From: a virus
Virus record (IMG/VR): IMGVR_UViG_3300045988_010373
Location: 1-17,814 of that record
Direction: 5' to 3' (one strand)
DNA length: 17,814 bases
The position numbers and the translations under genes are program-made. The notes below the pieces were generated by a model, which was not told the DNA's origin, searched no databases, and worked only from the letters and a program-made list of their open reading frames with translations. This document shows positions 5,098-13,553 of this stretch, one piece after another (position 1 is the first letter of the stretch; each line of letters opens with the position of its first letter).

Positions 5098-6825
5098 ATG
5101 CCGACTACCCCCGTGGTGACGCCGAAGCAGCAGCTTCGCCCGCTCACTGAATTCAATAACGCCCAGATCCTGAACATAATTCGTAACGAGGCGTCCCCAG
5201 AGTACCAGCGGCGTATGCCCTCCGCCACTCAGATGAACATGGATAGGCAGATGGCCACGCTCATGTCGAGTACTCAGCTGAAGAACGAGTTTTACTCGGC
5301 GCTGGTCAATCGCATCGGCGGCACCTACGTCAACACGTGGAGGTGGAACAACCCGCTTGGTATTTTCCAGCGCGCCTCCCAGACGTTTGGCGACACGTGG
5401 CAGGAAATCGCCGTGGGTATGCCCCTCGCGCAGGTGTATGACCCGAACGCGGAATATTTGGGCGCGGACAACTTCCGCAAGTGGAAAATCGACGTGGATA
5501 GCCTCTATCATCGTTTGGACTTCGCCCACTGGTATCCGGCCACCACGGATGACAAGACGCTCCAGCGCGCGTTTACCTCTGAAACCGGTCTGGCCTCGCT
5601 GACTTCGCAGATTCTTACCTCGTGCTATAATGCGGCTGAAGTGGACTTGTTCGAGGCCATGTGTCACCAGTTTGTCGAGTATGCGAAGCTGGGCGGCTAT
5701 TGGCGCGTGCATATGGACGCTGACCTGAATGACATGGGGTCTACGGAGACGGACGCGCGTGACATGCTGCGACAGATTCGCGCGTGGGCCGATACGCTGA
5801 AATTCGTGTCCACTCGGTATAATGCGCGGCACATGCCGACGTTTGCCAAGCCGGATGAACTCGTATTGTTCTGCTCGCCTGAAGTTAAGTCGGCGCTTGA
5901 TGTGCAGGGTCTGGCCACGGTATTCCAGCGTACCGACGCCGAACCGACCATCGACCGGATTATCGTTATTCCGCAAGACCGGTTCGGCATGGATGGTGTG
6001 CAGGCCATTCTGACCACCGATAAATTCCTCATTGATATTCCGGTCATCAATGAGATGACCCAGCAGCCCAACCCGGTCAACATCAACTCGGTTAACCACT
6101 TCCTGCATGTGCAGCACATCATCTCGGTAAGCGGCTTCGCTCCCGCAGTGATGTTCTGGACAGGAGCAGGATCCACCGCCAACGTGGTGGCCCCGACCGG
6201 CACGACCGCCCAAAAACCGACATTCCAGCTTAAGCTGGCAATGTATGGTGGCGGCACGTCCACCCCGTCGAATGTGGCGCGTGGCGGCGCGGTGCAGGTC
6301 ACCGCCGATACGACCATCACCAATAACGGTACGGCCACATTCCGGTCGGACGCGGTAAGCTACACCATCGGTGACACGGTGAAGCCCAAGAGCGATTACA
6401 CCTACATCTCCCCGACCGGCGTGCTGGTGGTCGGTCTGGACGAGCCGAACACGGTTATTCCGGTGACGGCGGCCGCCTTGTACACCAACCCGGAGACGCC
6501 GGAGGTGCCGGGCACGGTATCCGCCGCGCTCGACGTGCCAGTGACCGGCGACGGCGTTATCGGGTTCAACCCGTCGATTATCGCGTCGATTGCCGTCAAC
6601 GTCTCGAACGTAACCACGGGCCATACGGTGCAGGCGACCGCGACGGCGACCATGATTGACGGGCGCAAGGCCGACGTGACCGCGCAGGCCGCGTGGACGT
6701 CCGGCACTCCGGCGAACGCCACGGTATCCGAGTCGGGCGTAGTGACCGGCGTCAAGGCGGGCACCTCTGACATCACGGCCACACTGTTCGGAGTGTCCGG
6801 TAAGAAGCAGGTAACCGTGTCCTAG
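5098..6825 (+). CDS. Major capsid protein (phi29 gp8-like) with C-terminal Ig-like Big_2 domain
   Basis: SD AGGAAAGGA. By-eye matches to phi29 gp8: NEFYSALVNRIG..NNPLGIFQ versus NDFITSLVDRIG..NNPLKKFK, and CYNAAEVDLFEAM versus IYNSAEVDEYEYM. The C-terminal roughly 75 aa (about 6595-6822) show a Big_2-like pattern (VQATATATMIDGRKADVTAQAAWTSG..ATVSESGVVTGVKAGTSDITATLFGVSG). Confidence 0.93.
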   Translation: MPTTPVVTPKQQLRPLTEFNNAQILNIIRNEASPEYQRRMPSATQMNMDRQMATLMSSTQLKNEFYSALVNRIGGTYVNTWRWNNPLGIFQRASQTFGDTWQEIAVGMPLAQVYDPNAEYLGADNFRKWKIDVDSLYHRLDFAHWYPATTDDKTLQRAFTSETGLASLTSQILTSCYNAAEVDLFEAMCHQFVEYAKLGGYWRVHMDADLNDMGSTETDARDMLRQIRAWADTLKFVSTRYNARHMPTFAKPDELVLFCSPEVKSALDVQGLATVFQRTDAEPTIDRIIVIPQDRFGMDGVQAILTTDKFLIDIPVINEMTQQPNPVNINSVNHFLHVQHIISVSGFAPAVMFWTGAGSTANVVAPTGTTAQKPTFQLKLAMYGGGTSTPSNVARGGAVQVTADTTITNNGTATFRSDAVSYTIGDTVKPKSDYTYISPTGVLVVGLDEPNTVIPVTAAALYTNPETPEVPGTVSAALDVPVTGDGVIGFNPSIIASIAVNVSNVTTGHTVQATATATMIDGRKADVTAQAAWTSGTPANATVSESGVVTGVKAGTSDITATLFGVSGKKQVTVS

Positions 6826-6834
6826 TGATATAAT
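6826..6834 (+). promoter_or_regulatory. Consensus extended -10 box TGATATAAT directly after the capsid stop codon
   Basis: Exact TGnTATAAT at 6826-6834. The predicted start, about 6841, would fall inside the 5' arm of the following hairpin. Confidence 0.35.
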
Positions 6835-6862
6835 GGGAGGGTAGCCGGTTGGCTACCCTCTC
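6835..6862 (+). terminator. Hairpin 1 after the capsid gene (12-bp stem, loop GGTT)
   Basis: 6835-6846 pairs with 6851-6862, with one G-U. The core is GAGGGTAGCC/GGCTACCCTC. There is no U-tract (TCTC follows). Confidence 0.5.
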
Positions 6863-6865
6863 TCA

Positions 6866-6929
6866 CGGTGTGATGCAAGTCAAGGCCCGGAGCGCAAACC
6901 ACGTGAGCGCTCCGGGCCTTGTCATACCG
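6866..6929 (+). terminator. Hairpin 2 after the capsid gene (15-bp perfect stem plus 8-bp basal helix)
   Basis: CAAGGCCCGGAGCGC (6881-6895) pairs with GCGCTCCGGGCCTTG (6907-6921), with the 11-nt loop AAACCACGTGA. CGGTGTGA (6866-6873) pairs with TCATACCG (6922-6929), including one G-U. The structure abuts SD GGAGG (6929-6933). Confidence 0.5.
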
Positions 6930-6937
6930 GAGGTTGG

Positions 6938-9265
6938 ATGATGATTGACGATGCGAACCCTTACGTGGAGTCCAATTTTTCGTGGGCGGAATGGACGCCC
7001 AACACGACACTGAAGCTCTGCCGCGTACCGTGGGATGCGTCCTATCGGGATGTGGTACGGTTTGTTTCACGTGAAACACAGGAAGAGTGGTTTAACAAAC
7101 TGGATGGCGTGGAATGCCGCCCGGCCACCATGCATATTTTTAACGCGCCCGCCCGCGTCGAACTACCGTTCAACGAGGCGTCGAATTGGAATTATCTCGT
7201 AGCTTATAACGATTACCCCGAACTTGAGGGGCCGCGCGCATGGTATTACTTCATCCAGCACGTCGAATACGTCAACGCACACTGTACCCAGTTGGTCTTG
7301 ATGCTGGACGTATGGCAGAGTTTCCAGCACGATATTACACTCGGCAGTTGTTACGTGACGCGCGGGCATATCGGCGTAGCCAACGAACACCAATGGGATG
7401 ACTACGGCCGCACGTATCTCGCTTTGCCCGAGGGGCTGGATACTGGCGCGGAAATGGTCACAACGAATCAGATGTATAAGAGTATTGTAAATGCCCAGCA
7501 CTATGACATTGATGGCGGTGGTATTGACTGGGTTGATTATGGGATAATTGTTGTATCAACTACCAATCTTACCGACTCTCCGGGCACTCAATCCAAGCCC
7601 TCTCTGCAAACGGCCACGGGTAGTATTTTTGAGGGTGCTACGGACGGTTGCGAGGTCTATTATTGCGACAGTCGTATGGCGTATGTTGCCAATATCATGG
7701 CGTTGGGCACGTTGTATCCGTGGGTTACTCAGGGTATTAGTGCTATTTATATGGTGCCAAAATTCCCGCAGGATTATATCGATAAATATGGTTCTGAGGT
7801 TACTAAAATTTACGGTTCAAACGTGGCGACGGATTATGGCAAAATCTATCAATTCACTACCGGTATTGATTCTGAGATGCGTTACGAGGATATCCTAAAC
7901 GTATCCAATTTTAGGAATAATTTTAACATTCCATCGCGCTATAGAAACCTGAAAAAACTCTATTGCTACCCCTATTGTGTCGTGGAATGCAGTAGCATGA
8001 ACGGTACTGTAATCACCTATAAGCCCGAGGACATTCAATCAAACAATCTCGTAATCAGGGAAACGTATTCTTTTGCGCCGAGCGGCACTAGAATCAATTT
8101 TTACATCCCCAATTACAACGAGGCTGGCGCGGAAACAATAAGCCCGCTGAATATCGACGGTAAGGGATATGGGCTGCCTATCGACGGCGGCGAAATGCTG
8201 GATGCAAGTTTCGGCATCACCAACCTACCGCATTTTAGCGTCGTCAACAATGGCGGCGCGTTGGCTATGGCGAATAGCGCGTATACGCGCGCCTATGCGG
8301 CGGATAGCGCCCAATGGACACGCGCCAAGGCGCAGGCGTCGGCCTACACCGATAGCTCCAATGCAATGTGGCAACGTGAATACGCCACACAGCAAACCAA
8401 TTTGTCCAACGCCAATAGAAGCGCGGCGAACGCCATCACCGCCAACAGTCTCAATCAGTCGCTGGCCATCACTCAGGCCAATACCGGCGCAATGGCGGAG
8501 CTGACGGTGCAGACCAATAACCTAAGCTCTGGGATTACAGGGCTGCAGCAGGTCGGGGGTGCATTCATGAGCGCGGCCAGCGGCAACGTGGCGGGAGTCA
8601 TCGGTGGCGCGATGGGCGCAATCGGCACCATGGCGCAGAACGGCGTTAATAATTATTCCACAATCAAGAGCGCAGCCATCGCCAACAACACGGCGGCGGC
8701 TAATACCGCGAACACCGTGGCAACCAATGCGGCGCAGACAACCCAAGCCAACACCTACGCTTCGGCCGCAACAGGGTTAAGCAATCAGCTTAGCGGCGTA
8801 ATAGCTCAGTCAAACCTTGGTCTAGCCAACTATGCGGCAAAGGGCGACTATCAGAACGCGATTGCGGGAATCAATGCGCAAGTGCAGCAAATGCAGTTGA
8901 CGCCGCCCACCATCTCGGGCGCGCTCGGCGGCGATATGTTTAACCTGAGTAACGGCATCATGGGTGTGTTGGTACGATTCAAAATGTGCGCCCCCAGCGC
9001 TCTGAGAGCCGCGGGCGAATACATGCTAAGGTACGGGTATTTTGTCCAGCGGTTCCTCACCCCGCCCGCCTCATTGGAATGCATGGAAAAATTCACGTTC
9101 TGGCAGATGCAGGAGGCATATGTGCGCGGCACGCTGCCGGAAGAATACCGCTTGACCATTAAGGGCATGTTTGAGCGTGGCGTCACCGTGTGGGACAAGC
9201 CCGAGTATATCGGTGTGACCGATTGGGCGGATAATAACCCGCTGCCGGGCATTGGCTACGAGTGA
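6938..9265 (+). CDS. Tail knob / distal tail tube protein (phi29 gp9-like), 775 aa
   Basis: SD GGAGG. By-eye matches to phi29 gp9: WYYFIQHVEYVN...LDVWQSF versus WFYAFVTELEFKN...IDVLQTW; LYCYPYCVVE versus LMMYPYCVTE; the C-terminal YGYFVQR...FERGVTVWD versus YGYKINR...FDNGITLWH; and a Gly/Ala-rich hydrophobic loop GGAFMSAASGNVAGVIGGAMGAIG. Confidence 0.9.
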   Translation: MMIDDANPYVESNFSWAEWTPNTTLKLCRVPWDASYRDVVRFVSRETQEEWFNKLDGVECRPATMHIFNAPARVELPFNEASNWNYLVAYNDYPELEGPRAWYYFIQHVEYVNAHCTQLVLMLDVWQSFQHDITLGSCYVTRGHIGVANEHQWDDYGRTYLALPEGLDTGAEMVTTNQMYKSIVNAQHYDIDGGGIDWVDYGIIVVSTTNLTDSPGTQSKPSLQTATGSIFEGATDGCEVYYCDSRMAYVANIMALGTLYPWVTQGISAIYMVPKFPQDYIDKYGSEVTKIYGSNVATDYGKIYQFTTGIDSEMRYEDILNVSNFRNNFNIPSRYRNLKKLYCYPYCVVECSSMNGTVITYKPEDIQSNNLVIRETYSFAPSGTRINFYIPNYNEAGAETISPLNIDGKGYGLPIDGGEMLDASFGITNLPHFSVVNNGGALAMANSAYTRAYAADSAQWTRAKAQASAYTDSSNAMWQREYATQQTNLSNANRSAANAITANSLNQSLAITQANTGAMAELTVQTNNLSSGITGLQQVGGAFMSAASGNVAGVIGGAMGAIGTMAQNGVNNYSTIKSAAIANNTAAANTANTVATNAAQTTQANTYASAATGLSNQLSGVIAQSNLGLANYAAKGDYQNAIAGINAQVQQMQLTPPTISGALGGDMFNLSNGIMGVLVRFKMCAPSALRAAGEYMLRYGYFVQRFLTPPASLECMEKFTFWQMQEAYVRGTLPEEYRLTIKGMFERGVTVWDKPEYIGVTDWADNNPLPGIGYE

Positions 9266-9271
9266 TACAAT
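9263..9271 (+). promoter_or_regulatory. Extended -10-like box TGATACAAT, 6 nt upstream of the portal ATG (leaderless candidate)
   Basis: The TGA stop of the tail knob gene supplies the TG. TACAAT is at 9266-9271, the spacer GGTATT follows, and ATG is at 9278. There is no SD upstream of the portal gene. Confidence 0.35.
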
Positions 9272-9277
9272 GGTATT

Positions 9278-10228
9278 ATGAGTAGGTCTAAGAGGAATCG
9301 GGTTGGCGGCGCGTTGCACCCGCGTGGCAATTACGCCAAGGCACGCGCCGCCAGTCTCGACATGATGTATTATCATCTGCTGGCGGAATTGGCGCTGAAC
9401 CGGTTCAGCTGGCGTGGGTTGCCGCCCACCGTAGACGAGCGATGGATGGAAATGTGCCTATGCGAGTATGGCTGTGCGCTGTTTTTCGAGGACAAGCGTA
9501 TAGGCCGGTTCCTCGTGACACAAGCCGGTTATCAAGGCCGATTGAACGTGTATAATAATCCCACGCGCTTTGAACCGGTTGGCGTCAACTATCATTACAA
9601 GCAATTGCGGGCGGGCCGTGAGTGTATTCCGATCTGGGATAACCGGATGCGTATGAGCTTCAAGGACATTCTATGGCAGTATGCGCGACGGTTGGCGGAT
9701 ATCGACAAGGCGTATGATGTGAACTTGGAGAGCCTGAAACTGCCGACTATCATCACTGCCGACCCGCGTACCAAACTCACCGTACAGAACATGCTGCAGC
9801 AGCGGCAGGACGGCCAAGACTATATTATCGGCTACGACTCGTTGGATCCCGGTAGTATGTTCCAACCGTGGCCGAACACCACACCATACTTGCTGGACAA
9901 GTTTATCCAGCAAAAGGCGCAGGTCACCAATGAGGTGCTGGGATATTTGGGCATCCAGTCCAGCGGTACGGAGAAAAAAGAGCGTCTCATCTCCGACGAA
10001 GTGGCGCAAGCCAACGAGAAGACAGACGTGTTCCGTTTGAGTTTCCTTAAGGCACGGCAGGCGGCGGCAACGGAAATCAACAGGTTGTGGCCACAATTGA
10101 ACGTGTGGGTTGAATATGCCGACGCGCAGAGCGCCGGCGTGCCCAACGCGCTCGATTCCAGCGCCTCGGGTACGACGGATATCGATATGCCCGCCTCGTA
10201 TGACGCGGGTATCGGAGGTGTATTATAA
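9278..10228 (+). CDS. Portal (head-tail connector) protein, phi29 gp10-like, 316 aa
   Basis: By-eye matches to phi29 gp10: the basic N-terminus MSRSKRNR versus MARKRSN; FSWRGLPPTVDERWME versus FEWENLPPTINPSFLE; LGIQSSGTEKKERLISDEV versus LGIKNANLEKKERMVTDEV. The size also matches (316 versus 309 aa). Confidence 0.93.
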   Translation: MSRSKRNRVGGALHPRGNYAKARAASLDMMYYHLLAELALNRFSWRGLPPTVDERWMEMCLCEYGCALFFEDKRIGRFLVTQAGYQGRLNVYNNPTRFEPVGVNYHYKQLRAGRECIPIWDNRMRMSFKDILWQYARRLADIDKAYDVNLESLKLPTIITADPRTKLTVQNMLQQRQDGQDYIIGYDSLDPGSMFQPWPNTTPYLLDKFIQQKAQVTNEVLGYLGIQSSGTEKKERLISDEVAQANEKTDVFRLSFLKARQAAATEINRLWPQLNVWVEYADAQSAGVPNALDSSASGTTDIDMPASYDAGIGGVL

Positions 10229-11019
10229 TGCAGGATTTTAGCGCCTACGCGATGACAACGCCGGGCGAATACACCGAAACATTGGGTAATCTCATTGCGT
10301 TCGGGTACGATACGGACGAAAAGCTGCACCTGAGCGCCAACTATTATCCGATTTACGATGAGATCCATCGCGCCGAACTGAACGAAAAAATCGTAAGGCA
10401 CTATGCATTGCGGGAAATCGGTCAGGAAACCGCGCAACAGTTCATTTTCTATTTGGGGATGACTATGGCGGAAATCATGCCCTATTTTAATGAACGCTAC
10501 AGGACGCTCGACCTTGAATATAATCCGTTGGATTCCATGGATATGACGACGGATAGCGAGAACGGCAGCGAGTCGCAATCCTCCGGCAGGGCGTCCAGCA
10601 CTCAGGATTCGACCAGCTCAAGCACCAGCAAGTCGGATAATAGCAGCACCACCACGTCGAAGAGTTTCGATAGTGACGTGCCGCAAACCGGCGTCGTGGG
10701 CGACTTCTCTCGCTACGCCAGCCATGCGAACGAATCGCAGGCGGATAGTTCGGGCACGGCATCCAGTTCGCAGGATTCTGCCAGTCACACCACCGCGCAA
10801 AGCGCCACCGATTACCAGCATGATTCCAGCAATTCCAAGGGCACAAGCCGCGTGACCGGGCGCAGTCAGAGCGCCATGAGCCTGATACAGGAATACCGCA
10901 ACGCGATTATCAACGTCGATATGGAAATCGTGCGCAGCCTTGAACCGTGTTTCATGCAGGTGTGGGGGTCATATGATACAATCTTTAGCAGCTGCCATAA
11001 CTATGGAGAATGGGAGTAA
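10228..11019 (+). CDS. Lower collar protein (phi29 gp11-like) with Ser/Thr-rich internal region
   Basis: TAATG stop/start overlap with the portal gene. Position is as in phi29 (10 then 11). The N-terminal pattern YPIYDE.HR.ELN.KI..HY..REIG.ET...F.F.L....EIMPYFNERY fits my recollection of lower collar proteins. Low-complexity S/T/D/Q region at about 10549-10872. Confidence 0.7.
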   Translation: MQDFSAYAMTTPGEYTETLGNLIAFGYDTDEKLHLSANYYPIYDEIHRAELNEKIVRHYALREIGQETAQQFIFYLGMTMAEIMPYFNERYRTLDLEYNPLDSMDMTTDSENGSESQSSGRASSTQDSTSSSTSKSDNSSTTTSKSFDSDVPQTGVVGDFSRYASHANESQADSSGTASSSQDSASHTTAQSATDYQHDSSNSKGTSRVTGRSQSAMSLIQEYRNAIINVDMEIVRSLEPCFMQVWGSYDTIFSSCHNYGEWE

Positions 11020-11021
11020 TC

Positions 11022-11657
11022 ATGGTTGCCATTAACGCATTGATTCCACGGCAACGCTTGTTCGACGGGATACCCACATCCGTACCGTTCACCTACCGGG
11101 ACGGATTGACTACATTACAGTTGATTGAATGCCTGAAGCATAATCTTGACATCATCCAGTGTGACCTCAGCAAGCTGGAGGACACCACCGCCGACCTCGC
11201 AACATCCGTGGATAAAGCGCTTGCGGATACCGTAGCCCAGCTTAATAAGGACATGGCTGAGCTGCGCGCGGAGTTGCTGGCCCTGATTCATGAGATGGAA
11301 CAGCAGGGCACGGCAACCTCCCCGGTATACGGGACTACGCAACCGCTTGGGGACGTGTTGGGCGGCATGTACGATAATTCGCGTAACCACGGATTGTTCT
11401 GGGGGGACTACGATGACATGGAGTTGACCGCTCAGGAATACGACGGCCTTACCCTCGGGGCCCGAGAGTACGACCTCAAGGCCACCGCCGTGGACAACTG
11501 CGTACCCGGCGACTTCCCGGGCCGCTCCCAATTCCCATACGGTAAGAGTATGCCCGAAAACCCGCCCGCCGACATGGCATTCATCACGCAATCCGAAGCG
11601 GATGCACGCTATGTCGAACGCAATCCAACGGCAGACAATTTCGATAGTAAGGAGTAA
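11022..11657 (+). CDS. Tail appendage/fibre-associated protein with coiled-coil N-terminal half (211 aa)
   Basis: ATG 11022 lies after GGGAG; the ORF-track start 11010 overlaps the collar stop. There is a heptad-like segment (LSKLEDTTADLATSVDKALADTVAQLNKDMAELRAELLALIHEME) and a fibre-type motif ITQSEADARYV. The location is in the tail module. The specific function is not established. Confidence 0.4.
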   Translation: MVAINALIPRQRLFDGIPTSVPFTYRDGLTTLQLIECLKHNLDIIQCDLSKLEDTTADLATSVDKALADTVAQLNKDMAELRAELLALIHEMEQQGTATSPVYGTTQPLGDVLGGMYDNSRNHGLFWGDYDDMELTAQEYDGLTLGAREYDLKATAVDNCVPGDFPGRSQFPYGKSMPENPPADMAFITQSEADARYVERNPTADNFDSKE

Positions 11658-11660
11658 ACA

Positions 11661-12077
11661 ATGACTGCCACTCAACATACCAACAATTACAACCTCTCGC
11701 AGTTTGTCGGCACCGACCGACCCACATGGCTCGGTGATTACAACGGCGATATGAAGAAAATCGACGCCCAGCTCAAGCAGAACGCGGATGATATCGCGTC
11801 CGCCGCTGCGGGCGGTCTCACCTCGGTAAGCCACACCGCCGACCTTACCGGTAACGGCACGTCCGGATCCCCGCTCGGCATTGCGGCCACCATCGCCCGC
11901 AAGACCGATATCCCGGATACGAGCGGCTTCGCCACCACCTCCGCGCTCACCTCGGGGCTTGCGGGTAAGGTGGATAAAACCGCGTCCCAGCCCAGCACGC
12001 TCGGATTGACGGCAGCCGAGCTTGATTCACTGTATAAGGACGCGAACGGCATCGTCCGCGTCGGCACCGCAAAGTAA
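11661..12077 (+). CDS. Short tail fibre/receptor-binding protein paralog 1 (138 aa)
   Basis: SD AAGGAG. The N-terminal roughly 40 aa (MTATQHTNNYNLSQFVGTDRPTWLGDYNGDMKKIDAQL) are paralogous to the N-terminus of the next gene. The remainder is Ser/Thr/Gly-rich and fibre-like. Confidence 0.55.
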   Translation: MTATQHTNNYNLSQFVGTDRPTWLGDYNGDMKKIDAQLKQNADDIASAAAGGLTSVSHTADLTGNGTSGSPLGIAATIARKTDIPDTSGFATTSALTSGLAGKVDKTASQPSTLGLTAAELDSLYKDANGIVRVGTAK

Positions 12078-12088
12078 GGAGTAAACCC

Positions 12089-13537
12089 ATGTCAACCACA
12101 CAGCACACCTCTCACTACAATCTGCCGACGTTTGGCGACAACCCGAACGACCGCCCGTCGTGGCGCGGTGACTTCACCGACGCGATGACGAAAATCGATA
12201 ATCAGATGTACGCGAACGCGACCAACATCACCACGGCGACGGCGGCGGCGAACAACGCGACCGCGGCGGCAGGCGAGGCCAAGAAGGAGGCTGAGACTGC
12301 GACAAGCCTATCGCAGGCCAACAAGAACGATATTGCCGACTTGGATGGCTATTTCGGTAAGCTCGGCGTCACGTCGGAATCGACCGCGCAGCAGCTTATG
12401 AACACCATCAACGGTAAGGCGGAGGAAACCGAGCTGACCTCGCTTAAAGGCACGGTATCCTCGCTATCCAGCACAGTCAATACCAAGGCGAACACCTCCG
12501 ACGTGTATACCAAGGGTCAGGCGGACACGACGTTTACCAAGCAGGGCGGATATTCCGGTACCGCGCAGCAGTTGAACCAGCGTATTCAAGCGTTGGAAGA
12601 GGAAGCGCCGCAGGACGCATTGCCCATCTGTTTGTGCATCGGGGATAGCTACGCCAATTCCTCCAGCACCGTTGATGCGGACGGCACGGACGCGACCAAG
12701 TGGCCGACACAGCTCCGTAACATCATCGGTAACGATTATCAGGTGAAAAACTATGCCGTAACCGGGGCTGGGTTCAATGTGTCGGGAAAGACGTTCACCG
12801 ACCAGATCAACAACGCCTACAGCGCCTCGGCCATCGATAACGATAACGTGGCGATTATCATCATCGGTGGCGGGCGTAACGACGTTGCCACCACCTCCCA
12901 GATGAAGTCGTATGCAGATTCGACGTTCTCCAATGCGCGCGCGAAGTTCCCGAAGGCTCGAATCATCGCAGTGCCGATGCTCTGGCATAACGCGGGCATG
13001 GATATGTACGGCAGGCAGAAGGCCGCGGGCGTTGCGGAGGCGGCAGCCACGAACGGTGTGGAAAACGTCGATTGGGCGTGGACGTGGAACATCGGCAACG
13101 ATTCCAATTTCAGCAGCGGCGACATCCACCCCAATGCGAACGGCGCGAAGGTCATCGCGTCCTATATGGCGTCCGCCATCCGGGGCACCTACACCGGACG
13201 CTACGAGGCGGCCACCGTCACGTCATCCAACGGCCGCGTACGCAGCAACGTCGTAGCCTCGGGCGGCATGGTATTCGCCTCGCTCTGGGGCAACGATGGC
13301 ACCCAAAATTCCGACCTGGCCGCAGGCGTCACGTTCCCGGGCTGGGCTAGGATTGCTGCGGGTTCCGATCCCGACCAGTTCCGCGCATGGGGCGCAGGCT
13401 TGACCAATTCCGGTTCTACAGTGAGCGGCTGGCTGTTGACCGGTGTTGATTCGGACACGTCCGGTGCTCCAAAGATTACCTACCACGGCAGTACGGCGGG
13501 GGCCAACAATGGCTGTTTCGTGTGCTATCCGTGGTAA
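12089..13537 (+). CDS. Tail fibre/spike protein paralog 2 with SGNH (GDSL-type) hydrolase domain (482 aa)
   Basis: SD AAGGAG. The shared N-terminal anchor is MSTTQHTSHYNLPTFGDNPNDRPSWRGDFTDAMTKIDNQM. It has an Ala-rich coiled segment and a fibre motif YTKGQADTTFTKQGGY. SGNH blocks are present: CIGDSYAN (GDS at 12641-12649), IIIGGGRNDV, and GDIHPNANG (DxxH). Confidence 0.75.
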   Translation: MSTTQHTSHYNLPTFGDNPNDRPSWRGDFTDAMTKIDNQMYANATNITTATAAANNATAAAGEAKKEAETATSLSQANKNDIADLDGYFGKLGVTSESTAQQLMNTINGKAEETELTSLKGTVSSLSSTVNTKANTSDVYTKGQADTTFTKQGGYSGTAQQLNQRIQALEEEAPQDALPICLCIGDSYANSSSTVDADGTDATKWPTQLRNIIGNDYQVKNYAVTGAGFNVSGKTFTDQINNAYSASAIDNDNVAIIIIGGGRNDVATTSQMKSYADSTFSNARAKFPKARIIAVPMLWHNAGMDMYGRQKAAGVAEAAATNGVENVDWAWTWNIGNDSNFSSGDIHPNANGAKVIASYMASAIRGTYTGRYEAATVTSSNGRVRSNVVASGGMVFASLWGNDGTQNSDLAAGVTFPGWARIAAGSDPDQFRAWGAGLTNSGSTVSGWLLTGVDSDTSGAPKITYHGSTAGANNGCFVCYPW

Positions 13538-13553
13538 ACGTTTCGCTCGAGCC

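Noticed and set aside
4513-6624. Very long minus-strand ORF (703 aa), with companion minus-strand ORFs 4539-5078 and 5697-6338
   Set aside because: These are antisense to the scaffold-like and major capsid genes, which have clear phi29 homology. The translation is Arg/Gly/His/Pro-rich with no recognisable motifs, there is no SD, and long open antisense frames are expected in GC-rich coding DNA.
9832-13129. Other long minus-strand ORFs (9832-10578, 11115-11834, 12464-13129, 13223-13645)
   Set aside because: All lie fully antisense to + strand genes with good motif or homology support. Their composition is typical of GC-rich shadow ORFs, and none has an intergenic start region.
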